Positions 39,945 through 48,115 of a stretch of DNA of 64,000 nt are shown here, piece after piece. The notes beneath the pieces are model-generated. The model saw only the letters and a list, made by a program, of their open reading frames with translations, did not search any database and was not told the DNA's origin. Source of the DNA: Candidatus Hydrogenedens sp. Its GTDB lineage: Bacteria; Hydrogenedentota; Hydrogenedentia; Hydrogenedentales; Hydrogenedentaceae. A program made the translations under genes and the position numbers. Positions within the stretch are counted from its first letter, which is position 1. Every line of letters starts with the position of its first letter. The stretch lies in contig JBMFRC010000013.1 of NCBI GenBank assembly GCA_049968235.1, positions 1 through 64,000 of the forward strand. Reading direction: 5' to 3'.

Positions 39945-40835
39945 CTAAATTAAAACGCCATCTTCCCAGCCTAATTTAACCAGTTCTATACGGTTATCAT
40001 CGGCATTTCCCAGATGATATTTGTCCTGTGCCACCTGTATGTGATGAGGAGAAACAGCGAAAGGTTGTTCATTACCAAAATATTGTAATCGTTTTGCTTT
40101 TAATATTCGTAATCCTGTGGCATCACAAGCAACTGGATCCGTGCCAATAACCAACCCCTGATAGTTCCATGTATACTCCTTATTATAGTGATGCGGTCCT
40201 TTCCCATGAAACAACGGGGTAATCATAACAAGAATATTAAGTCGTGTTTTCCCTTTAACAATCGGCAGATCCCATAATCCTGCCAAATTTGCGCACGAAT
40301 CCGCATGCCAGGTTGGAGGTTTTTCAGAAAACATAATGTAATTTTTCAACAGACTGCCAACACCTGCCCAATGATGTGTCCGCATGGGACGAACATTAAT
40401 TAATGCAGTACTATTCTGGAAAATAGGATTTCGTAACACTCCACGGTCATCAACGGAAACTTTATCCGATGGCACCCCTGCCGATAGCACTCTGGTTTTT
40501 AAAATATCTTCCAGTTCGACAGGAGTACGAGGTGGCCCCGATACATTGCTTTTAATACCTACAATATCTTCAGGCTTAATTACCTTCTTCCAGGCTTCTT
40601 CAGGGGTAGTTGTTTGAAATAGATTTTTCACACCTTCATCAACCATTTTTTCCAGAACGGTTTTATTGATATTTCCATCTGCGTCCAGCAAATCCTTATC
40701 CCGTATAAGAACAACACGGGATTTTTCTCCTGCTTGCGGAGATTGTGACTCGGAACTATAATGTGGTATGCCAAACAAGAATGCCGTGCCTAAGGCTCCT
40801 GTCTGTAAAAACTTTCTGCGACTCGTTTTAATCAT
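39945..40835 (-). CDS. Tat-exported protein, DUF362-like
   Basis: There is a twin-arginine signal, SRRKFLQTGALGTAF. The body loosely matches the DUF362 pattern (RVVLIR ... IKSN ... TDPVACD). Confidence 0.4.
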   Translation of the reverse strand: MIKTSRRKFLQTGALGTAFLFGIPHYSSESQSPQAGEKSRVVLIRDKDLLDADGNINKTVLEKMVDEGVKNLFQTTTPEEAWKKVIKPEDIVGIKSNVSGPPRTPVELEDILKTRVLSAGVPSDKVSVDDRGVLRNPIFQNSTALINVRPMRTHHWAGVGSLLKNYIMFSEKPPTWHADSCANLAGLWDLPIVKGKTRLNILVMITPLFHGKGPHHYNKEYTWNYQGLVIGTDPVACDATGLRILKAKRLQYFGNEQPFAVSPHHIQVAQDKYHLGNADDNRIELVKLGWEDGVLI

Positions 40836-40846
40836 AATTCTGGCTC

Positions 40847-41788
40847 CTATCGTTTTATCCTTGTTTCTATATCTTTAACATATAAGTCTGCAGTCTCTCT
40901 TTTCTTCCAATCGATAATCAATATAAGATATTTATCACGGGAATGTATAAGTATCGAATTAAAGCCAAATTTCTTACTTCTTTCCTCTTTGCCCATTTCC
41001 TTTTCAGATTTATCAATAAAATTTTTAAAATTTTGACCGACAAGCAAAGCCTTTTTCTTATCCTTATAACGAACAAGGATTATTTGAAACCGTTCATCCT
41101 GTTCAGGTAGAAAATAGCGAACTAAAATTCCTTCTGTATCCTTGCCCAACTGCAATATATTTTCATCTGTGATGAAAAAGTGCACCTTTAAAAGGTCATA
41201 ATCCTTAAAATAATGCACATGACTTTTAACCTGTCCTTTTTCAGGGAGCAGATGTATAATTTCAGGTGGATTTCCTTTTTTGGGTATTTGATGGTCAATT
41301 ATTTTGCCTAACTCCATTACTGTCTGATTTATCTCCGGAGAATCGCCCATTCCTACAATGGATATGAAATAACGGTCCTTCCAGAAAGCAAGTGAATTAT
41401 TCATTCCTTCCGACTCAACCCCTAAACCCACATCTTTCTGGTCACGAATGTCATGATGATAGGCACCATACGCTAATGCGGAATTGCCCATATCAAAAAT
41501 ATCCATAAAAATCTCTACTTGCTGAGGATTAGACCAGCGATAAGCCAACACCTCTCTTACACCTAAGGAACGATAAACTTCTGCATTCCCATCGATATAA
41601 TCGTATAACGTTTCCGAATCATAACGGTCCGGATTTGTCTTTTCTAATTTCCATTGATTTACATTTTCCGGAAAAGAAAATACTATTGTTTCTTGTGTAT
41701 TTTTATTTGTTGAATTCATAGTGGCACATGAAATACCTAAACATAGACATAAACAAACCATACATATTTCTATCTTTATTATATGCAT
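40847..41788 (-). CDS. Hypothetical secreted protein / lipoprotein
   Basis: There is a signal peptide with a Cys-rich lipobox-like region. No domain was recognised. Confidence 0.4.
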   Translation of the reverse strand: MHIIKIEICMVCLCLCLGISCATMNSTNKNTQETIVFSFPENVNQWKLEKTNPDRYDSETLYDYIDGNAEVYRSLGVREVLAYRWSNPQQVEIFMDIFDMGNSALAYGAYHHDIRDQKDVGLGVESEGMNNSLAFWKDRYFISIVGMGDSPEINQTVMELGKIIDHQIPKKGNPPEIIHLLPEKGQVKSHVHYFKDYDLLKVHFFITDENILQLGKDTEGILVRYFLPEQDERFQIILVRYKDKKKALLVGQNFKNFIDKSEKEMGKEERSKKFGFNSILIHSRDKYLILIIDWKKRETADLYVKDIETRIKR

Positions 41789-42093
41789 TCACACAAACTT
41801 CCTAAAAAATTTATCTTGTGTCATTATACATCAATTCTTTAATTTTATAAAAGGAATCTGTTTCCCTAAAATTAAAATGAACATTATTTAATAACAATTT
41901 TTTATTGCATGAAGAATAAATAAGAAATAGAAAGAAGGGAAAGAATTCTTATTAACACACATTACGATTGAGCGAATTTGTGGTTTATCATATAAAGTAT
42001 TATTTAACTACCGTTCGGTACTTTTTTAATAATACCTTATATTTCATTACAAATAAAATGGTAAACTTTCAACGAATTACCTGGAAATACAAA

Positions 42094-42471
42094 TTATTTA
42101 GCAAACTGCATATCTGAATATGTATTATCATATAGATTGTTTCGGAACTTGGTCCCATATTCCTGTTCATACCAGGAATTAAACACATGGGCATACTTGA
42201 TTATCCAGTCGTATGTAGCTTCAGTTCTAACATTTCTCCCCTGCTTTTCAGATTCAATCCATATATGTTTTTCTATCTCCTGTTTCTGGAGAATATTTTT
42301 GTGCAAGACCTTGATGTGATTCGGTGAAAATTCACATAAGTACCTTATCATTTCATCAATTATGTAGTTTTCAAGGGGGAAATTAAAAAACTGGCGAAGA
42401 TTACATAAGAATAGTTCACGATTACAACCTACGGATAAGAATGCTCTACCGTAACAACATTCACTATCCAT
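42094..42471 (-). CDS. Hypothetical small protein inside an AT-rich island
   Basis: A 125-aa ORF with AT-rich flanks and no recognised domain. Confidence 0.3.
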   Translation of the reverse strand: MDSECCYGRAFLSVGCNRELFLCNLRQFFNFPLENYIIDEMIRYLCEFSPNHIKVLHKNILQKQEIEKHIWIESEKQGRNVRTEATYDWIIKYAHVFNSWYEQEYGTKFRNNLYDNTYSDMQFAK

Positions 42472-42644
42472 AAAACATACTCCTTTATAAAAAATAACAT
42501 TATGAAAACATATATATAATCTATCAAAATTTTATACTAAATTCAACATTATTTGTCAACAATTATCAATAAATTTTTCCCATACTTTTGGTTAATTTTG
42601 TATTATTTCTATAAGTCGTTGATATACCGCATATTATAACATTT

Positions 42645-44219
42645 CTATTGATGTGTCGTTTTTATAATTTTACTGTCGAGTTCTGCTATCCCTGCAATTT
42701 TTAACCGCCCTTTGTTAAGACTTATTGTGATTTTGATTTTTTTGAATAACTTAATTTTATTGAATAAATCATTTATTTTTTCCGGGTTTTGAAATTGTAA
42801 TACATTTGATTCCATTAGAACTGCGACTGCATTGTTAATTTCTGTAATAAGTTTTTCCGGTTTCACCTGTAGAATCAATGAATAATTACCTTCAGATAAG
42901 GTGTTCTTATTTTTTATATGTTCTATTATCTGATTTTGTAATTCTCGGTTATTCGCAAATAGCAAAGAATCTTCTGCACACTGGATATGTAAATCTGTCT
43001 GAGAACTACCAATAAGAGGGACAATATATTCATTGGAATTGGGAGAAGAAAGAGCCTTATTTTTCTCTCCAAGAACAATGATGGTAGGGTCGATAATTGC
43101 TTGAACAATATCTTCGCACATATTGGGGTTTGTTTTTGCAATAACACAATATCTGGGTATAAAGGGAATAATTTCATCTGTATAAAAAGAATCTACCGCA
43201 ATATAAAACTCATTATTAACAAAAGGAGAAAAAGATTTTAACCAGTCTGCAAAGGGAATTTCTGTTGGATTGGTAAAGGGTTGTATAAGACTGGCTTTTG
43301 GTATGGTTTCAAAAGCACGGAGCCATGTTTTAATCGGTACACCTGTGTTAATAGAACAAGAAAAAAGTGTATCTACAGGTTCCTGTAAGGGGGATGAGAC
43401 AACTTCCGAAAGTAAAATTGTCCACGGTGTTTCCATATCCGGAGTTATTTGTGTTTCACATTTAAGTCCCAATTGGTCTCTTGTTAAGGCAAGATAGAAA
43501 TAAATTTGAGAAAAGAGTCCCTGAAAATCCTCATGTTGAGGTGTGAAAGTTCCCCATGCTAAATGCCTTTCCTGATTCCTCATGAGTTCAGCAGTGATGA
43601 CTGTCTCTGTTTTTTTGTCTCCCTTTTGTGTTATGGATTGCACCAGTGTTTCGCGATTGGGTGATAAGAGCAGGACCCTTCCCTTACGTGCATAATATAA
43701 TTTCTGTTCCGGTAGGTACCGCAGATTTAGACCACCTGCCCAATCTACTTCTATAGGCTGTGTCCATGAATAAAGTTTTTCAATAACACAACCAATGCAT
43801 GATAGCCGAACAATTAACAGGGCATCTTCAAATGTTTTCAGGTCGTTCACAGAAAAATAGAAAAAGTCATAAATAAGATGTTTTATTACCCATAAAGGTA
43901 TTCGTTGTTGGTCAGATAACAATTTCTTTACTTCAAGTATCATTGAAGAAGGTTCTGCCAATTCCCAGAGAGGAGAGGCTATAAGGGTCTGGTAATTCTG
44001 CATAATTTGTGGACTGAAAACTTGAAAGGCAGGTGCATTAGGAATAAATCGTTCCACAGGATATATATCTCTTGTTGACCATGTGAACCAGACGAAGAAA
44101 AGGAAAATAATCAGGGTAAATAACTTCAATAAAAACTTTAAAAAACTTTTTTTAGGTCTTCGCCTTCGCATACCAGATACACGATATACACGCATAGTTT
44201 CACTCATAAAAATAATCAA
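42645..44219 (-). CDS. Hypothetical N-terminally membrane-anchored protein
   Basis: It overlaps the upstream gene by 4 nt, which suggests an operon. An RRRRPKK segment is followed by a TM helix. No domain was recognised. Confidence 0.45.
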   Translation of the reverse strand: MIIFMSETMRVYRVSGMRRRRPKKSFLKFLLKLFTLIIFLFFVWFTWSTRDIYPVERFIPNAPAFQVFSPQIMQNYQTLIASPLWELAEPSSMILEVKKLLSDQQRIPLWVIKHLIYDFFYFSVNDLKTFEDALLIVRLSCIGCVIEKLYSWTQPIEVDWAGGLNLRYLPEQKLYYARKGRVLLLSPNRETLVQSITQKGDKKTETVITAELMRNQERHLAWGTFTPQHEDFQGLFSQIYFYLALTRDQLGLKCETQITPDMETPWTILLSEVVSSPLQEPVDTLFSCSINTGVPIKTWLRAFETIPKASLIQPFTNPTEIPFADWLKSFSPFVNNEFYIAVDSFYTDEIIPFIPRYCVIAKTNPNMCEDIVQAIIDPTIIVLGEKNKALSSPNSNEYIVPLIGSSQTDLHIQCAEDSLLFANNRELQNQIIEHIKNKNTLSEGNYSLILQVKPEKLITEINNAVAVLMESNVLQFQNPEKINDLFNKIKLFKKIKITISLNKGRLKIAGIAELDSKIIKTTHQ

Positions 44220-46588
44220 ATCCCTGATTCTATGGATATAAATTCTGAAGGCTTTCCTTCATTATCTCTGACTGATAGCCAGACTTTATTTTCCGTCGGT
44301 TCAAAGATTACACTTAAACGACTATTCCCATTCCATATTTGGGAAGGAGAACTATCTTGATTATCGGAAGATGTCATAATCGTTTTGAGTTCTTCCGGAC
44401 TAATAATCCGTTCATCTTCTATTTTTTTTATGAGATTTGAATATCTTTTTACAGTAGATTCCGAGGCAGTTGCAATGGAACCACAACCCAATAAGATACC
44501 CTGTTTAGAAAGGTCCTGAGCAATAGTATCTTCCGGTTTGAGCGAAGGGAATAGTAATGCAGACCATTTCCCTTTATTATCCTTCCCTGCAAGGAGTACA
44601 TGGTATGCTTGTGGGATAATTATTTTAGATATTTCTTCCACTGCCGACTCGAGGGTATTACATGTAGATAAAATATGTTTCATTGTAAATTCAGGACCCG
44701 GCGTATCCTCCGATAGATTTGTTTTTATAGAGGCATCCCGAGTTATAGACAAAACGATACCAGATTGATTCATCCCACATAGGGTTCCATCAAACCATGG
44801 AAAACCAATCTCAATAAAATTTACTCCATGGACAGGTTTATGTCGGAATATAACCGGCAATTCATTTATTGCCCAATCAACCGTATGAGCAATAAGAATA
44901 TCCTTTGCTCCTGCTCGTTCTCCCAAAATAGCAACAGCGGTGCATAAGGGCGTATCAAATAGCGGATTATAAGATTGAGCATTCTGTATATTTATAGCAT
45001 TTTGAAGAAGCCAGATTTTATCGAACGGCATTTCCGCACCATCAGATATGCCTATGAGTTCATCTACTATTTCTGGATGCAATTTCTTTGCCCATGGTCG
45101 GATGCTAATTGCCATAGCAGGCAAGATTAAAGAACTAATATTTATCCATGATGATGGGATGAAGGAAAAGAAACCCTGTTCTGGCAGGTATCGTCCCTCC
45201 AGTATAGGTCTTTGTATTAATTCATCAAATCGCTTCTGAATCTGCTCCTTTGAAAATTGTCCCCTTGCCGAACCTCTTTCGTAAGAAGTCCCCGATAGAT
45301 TTATAATGGAAATGGAACCTATCTTATCGATTTGAGGAATATCCACGGGAGTAATCTGTAATTCCGGCTTTTCTATTCCTATTAAAGATAAACATGTATT
45401 CAAGACCCACTTTTCTGCCTGAGGCCCAAAAAAATGAGCTCCTGCCTCGTATGTTTTATCAAAAAGGAGATGTTTCGGTACAAAATACACCAGATAATCA
45501 TTTGCCAGACCCACTGTGAAATGTGCTTTAAATCCTGCCTCTAACGCATGTTCACGAAGTTGGAGTGCGTATTCCACACACACTTCTCCGGGGAAAAAGG
45601 AAATAGCCAAACCATTTACCTGGAGTGAATGGAACAGTACCTTTTCCGGGAAAAAGGTCGCTATACTTATGGGTAGAGGTATTTCTTTTGCTGTTAATTT
45701 TAATTTTGCATCGGAAAGAGGAACACTTTTCTGTGCTTCATAAACACGCCGTGCCAAAATCCTCCCTACTTTTTCAGTTCGAGCCCAGCCGGAACTTTGT
45801 TCGGGGGCTTGAATAGTCTGGTTCCCTTCTGCACCGTTCAGAAAGAATGGGACACAACCCGGTGAAGATAACTGTTCTATTTCAAGATAGTAATATCCCG
45901 GATAATCGGAAGAGAAGGAATAAAAATCCTCATCCCCAATGGATGTGGGATGCCCTGCCATATTGGCAATTATTGCAATCTCATTCCCGTTTGCATCTTC
46001 AATCACAATAAAACCAATTTGCGGGTCCATCGGACCTACCGGATAACGGCGATTGCAGGTTAAATCGTTTTGCTGAATACTCCCATACCCCAATACAGCA
46101 TTTTGTGCTTTCTCTTTTGCATCGCGAAGTGCCTGACTGATAATACGTGCTGTGCGTTCTACAAGTTCGGGGATATATCTGCCAGAGACAAAGCGGATAG
46201 GATAATTTTTGCACATTCCCCCAAAACCATTGTGGGTATGGGTCGCAGTCATAATAATATTTTGTGACGGGAAATTTTCAGGTGCCATAATAATAACTTT
46301 TTCTCGCAGTTCTCGGTCAATAACACACAAATCCAAACTAACGAGAAATAGTTCTGTTTCATCATCTGCAAGATAAAGGACATGCGCCCACAAGGGGTCA
46401 TGAACTGCTCTCGCTCCTTTTCCTAATCTCGCACCATAACCATTCAGAGGAACACCTAAATCCGGGGTAATTTCAACTTTAACCGCTCCTGCTTTAAGAG
46501 CCTCCGTACAAAATGGATAAAATAACAGCAAAGAAAATATAAAACAGATAATAAAGACTTTATTTAAAAAGATACTCTGCTTTTTCAT
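44216..46588 (-). CDS. Fusion protein: N-terminal neutral/alkaline ceramidase domain plus C-terminal Ntn-hydrolase (peptidase C45 / acyl-CoA:6-APA acyltransferase-like) domain
   Basis: After the signal peptide, AGAVKVEITPDLGVPLNGYG ... LVSLDL ... MTATHTHNGFGGM parallels the neutral ceramidase GAGKADITGP ... SATHTHSGPGGY motifs. The C-terminal PLCTAVAIL ... GMNQSGIVLS fits the Cys-nucleophile and GxNExGL pattern of C45 Ntn hydrolases. Confidence 0.55.
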   Translation of the reverse strand: MKKQSIFLNKVFIICFIFSLLLFYPFCTEALKAGAVKVEITPDLGVPLNGYGARLGKGARAVHDPLWAHVLYLADDETELFLVSLDLCVIDRELREKVIIMAPENFPSQNIIMTATHTHNGFGGMCKNYPIRFVSGRYIPELVERTARIISQALRDAKEKAQNAVLGYGSIQQNDLTCNRRYPVGPMDPQIGFIVIEDANGNEIAIIANMAGHPTSIGDEDFYSFSSDYPGYYYLEIEQLSSPGCVPFFLNGAEGNQTIQAPEQSSGWARTEKVGRILARRVYEAQKSVPLSDAKLKLTAKEIPLPISIATFFPEKVLFHSLQVNGLAISFFPGEVCVEYALQLREHALEAGFKAHFTVGLANDYLVYFVPKHLLFDKTYEAGAHFFGPQAEKWVLNTCLSLIGIEKPELQITPVDIPQIDKIGSISIINLSGTSYERGSARGQFSKEQIQKRFDELIQRPILEGRYLPEQGFFSFIPSSWINISSLILPAMAISIRPWAKKLHPEIVDELIGISDGAEMPFDKIWLLQNAINIQNAQSYNPLFDTPLCTAVAILGERAGAKDILIAHTVDWAINELPVIFRHKPVHGVNFIEIGFPWFDGTLCGMNQSGIVLSITRDASIKTNLSEDTPGPEFTMKHILSTCNTLESAVEEISKIIIPQAYHVLLAGKDNKGKWSALLFPSLKPEDTIAQDLSKQGILLGCGSIATASESTVKRYSNLIKKIEDERIISPEELKTIMTSSDNQDSSPSQIWNGNSRLSVIFEPTENKVWLSVRDNEGKPSEFISIESGI

Positions 46589-46718
46589 AATAATTTCTCA
46601 TATCTATAATCTCTTATTGTATCACTGATGATAAGCAATAAGCGACTATATTACAGATGAAACAAATTCGCGAGAAAGATGCCCAACCGTCAACAGATTA
46701 TCTTTTTATTAGCCTACA

Positions 46719-47126
46719 TTAATGATGATGATTACATGTCAAACCCTCTTCATGCTTCAAAGAACCTTGAAGAAAAAGAGTAAGGGCTGTTTTTATATCT
46801 TTTTCTGATGTGATTATCGTTCTTATATTAGCAGACTCGAATCTGCTTTTCATCCCGTATCCCATTCCACCCGCAATTACCACATCAATATTCGCAAATC
46901 TTTGTGCTACTTGTTCGTGCGTATCTATAGAATGATTATGCTCATGGGAATGCGGTTGTGAATGTTCTGAATCATGAGAATGTTGGGCATGCCCGGTAAT
47001 TGTATTCGGGATATACTCTTCATTTACGATATTACCGTTCTCAATCTCGACAATTAAAAAACCTTTCGTTCGCCCAAAATGTGCTGAAATTGTTTTTTTA
47101 TTATTTGTTGGAATAACAACTTTCAT
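46719..47126 (-). CDS. NifB/NifX-family dinitrogenase FeMo-cofactor-binding-like domain protein with a His-rich insert
   Basis: MKVVIPTNNKKTISAHFGRTKGFLIV ... VVIAGGMGYGM is the typical NifX/NafY-like fold signature. It has a His-rich loop HAQHSHDSEHSQPHSHEHNHS. Confidence 0.7.
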   Translation of the reverse strand: MKVVIPTNNKKTISAHFGRTKGFLIVEIENGNIVNEEYIPNTITGHAQHSHDSEHSQPHSHEHNHSIDTHEQVAQRFANIDVVIAGGMGYGMKSRFESANIRTIITSEKDIKTALTLFLQGSLKHEEGLTCNHHH

Positions 47127-47159
47127 AATAGTTCCTCTCGAATTTCAGATTAGTAATTT

Positions 47160-47486
47160 TTACAGTTCTATGTTTTTCACCTTTGAAGCATGCAGGATGT
47201 TCCCTCTGGAACTGCGATAAAATGCATGGGGTCCTCTACCACAGCGACATGGACCGATATAAGTCCATTCGGAAGATTCTGTTGTTTCGTTCGACAAATT
47301 GCTTTCCGGTGGGTTATCTGCTGGATTGTTCGGAGACATCCATCTCCAACCTTGACGATAATAACCCGGTGAAGATAATCCGGGGGTCGGACTGTTAGTA
47401 GACATCCATCTCCGACCTTGACCACCACCGAAACGGAATTGTCCACGATTATTAAATGAATTAGCAAAATTTCTTTGGGTTCTCAT
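47160..47486 (-). CDS. Gly/Arg/Trp-rich small protein with an internal 22-aa tandem repeat (possibly DUF5320-like)
   Basis: A strong RBS aaggag lies 7 nt upstream. The composition and the position between the DUF134 and NifX-like genes match the DUF134 / DUF5320 / NifX neighbourhood of anaerobes. Homology is not certain. Confidence 0.4.
   Translation of the reverse strand: MRTQRNFANSFNNRGQFRFGGGQGRRWMSTNSPTPGLSSPGYYRQGWRWMSPNNPADNPPESNLSNETTESSEWTYIGPCRCGRGPHAFYRSSRGNILHASKVKNIEL
47325..47456. repeat. 66-bp tandem direct repeat inside CDS 47160..47486
   Basis: ggattgttcggagacatccatctccaaccttgac recurs 66 bp later as ggactgttagtagacatccatctccgaccttgac. It encodes the GRRWMSTNSP / GWRWMSPNNP repeat. 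Confidence 0.5.
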
Positions 47487-47510
47487 TGTTAATCTCCTTA
47501 TTATTAAAGT

Positions 47511-47906
47511 TCATTGTTTACTTTCATTTTTATTCCGGTCTGATTCTAAAAAATAAGCCTTCTGTTTACAATGCCTATGGCAATGTCTACCACCACCACG
47601 CTCCTTCTGTCTGCAAACAAAATTGACAGGTCCCCCCATTATCCGAATGGGCTTCCCCTCTACAATAGCACCAACAATCTTCCTGCGTGCCTGCTCAATG
47701 ATTCGTGAAAATGTGGGGCGTGAGACTCCCATTTCTTGCCCCGCTTCTTCATGATACATTCCCAAATAATCAGCGAGACGGAGTGCTTCAAACTCATCCA
47801 GAGAAAGCACTACTGGCTCTCTTTCCATTCCTCCCTGTTCACAAGGAATGAATTCCTTAACGGGCGGGCATGCATTCAATCTTCGGGAACAATAGGGTCT
47901 TGCCAT
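47511..47906 (-). CDS. DUF134 (UPF0251) putative DNA-binding protein
   Basis: The N-terminus MARPYCSRRLNACPPVKEFIPCEQG matches the DUF134 M-P-R-P-x-K-x-R-R-V ... F-K-P signature. The central region has a sigma-70 region 4-like HTH. The C-terminus is Cys/His-rich. Confidence 0.7.
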   Translation of the reverse strand: MARPYCSRRLNACPPVKEFIPCEQGGMEREPVVLSLDEFEALRLADYLGMYHEEAGQEMGVSRPTFSRIIEQARRKIVGAIVEGKPIRIMGGPVNFVCRQKERGGGRHCHRHCKQKAYFLESDRNKNESKQ

Positions 47907-47935
47907 TATAATTCCTTTTTAATTTTCACGATTCA

Positions 47936-47955
47936 TTATGAACATATGTTCATAA
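47936..47955. promoter_or_regulatory. 20-bp perfect palindrome TTATGAACATATGTTCATAA, a candidate operator
   Basis: Read directly from the sequence. It lies about 30 bp upstream of the DUF134 start codon, in the divergent region shared with the aceE operon. Confidence 0.4.
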
Positions 47956-48115
47956 TTATAACGCAGTTTCGTAGCAAAAGTAAACAAAAATAACTAATTT
48001 TTTAGAAAGATACTCAAAAAAAAAAAAATAAATTAATCAATTAATTTGTTAGTATAATTGGATAATTAACATGGAATATTTAGTAAAATAAAAAAAAACA
48101 GAGGGGACGCTATTT

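Noticed and set aside
47177-47467. Alternative 96-aa reading frame on the same strand as CDS 47160..47486
   Set aside because: The frame is kept open by the 66-bp tandem repeat. The annotated frame has a strong RBS at the correct spacing and the alternative has none. I kept the annotated frame but flagged the ambiguity.
48016-48028. A13 homopolymer in the aceE promoter region
   Set aside because: It sits in a generally AT-rich divergent promoter region. It is probably part of an UP-element-like A-tract and not a discrete feature, so I did not list it separately.
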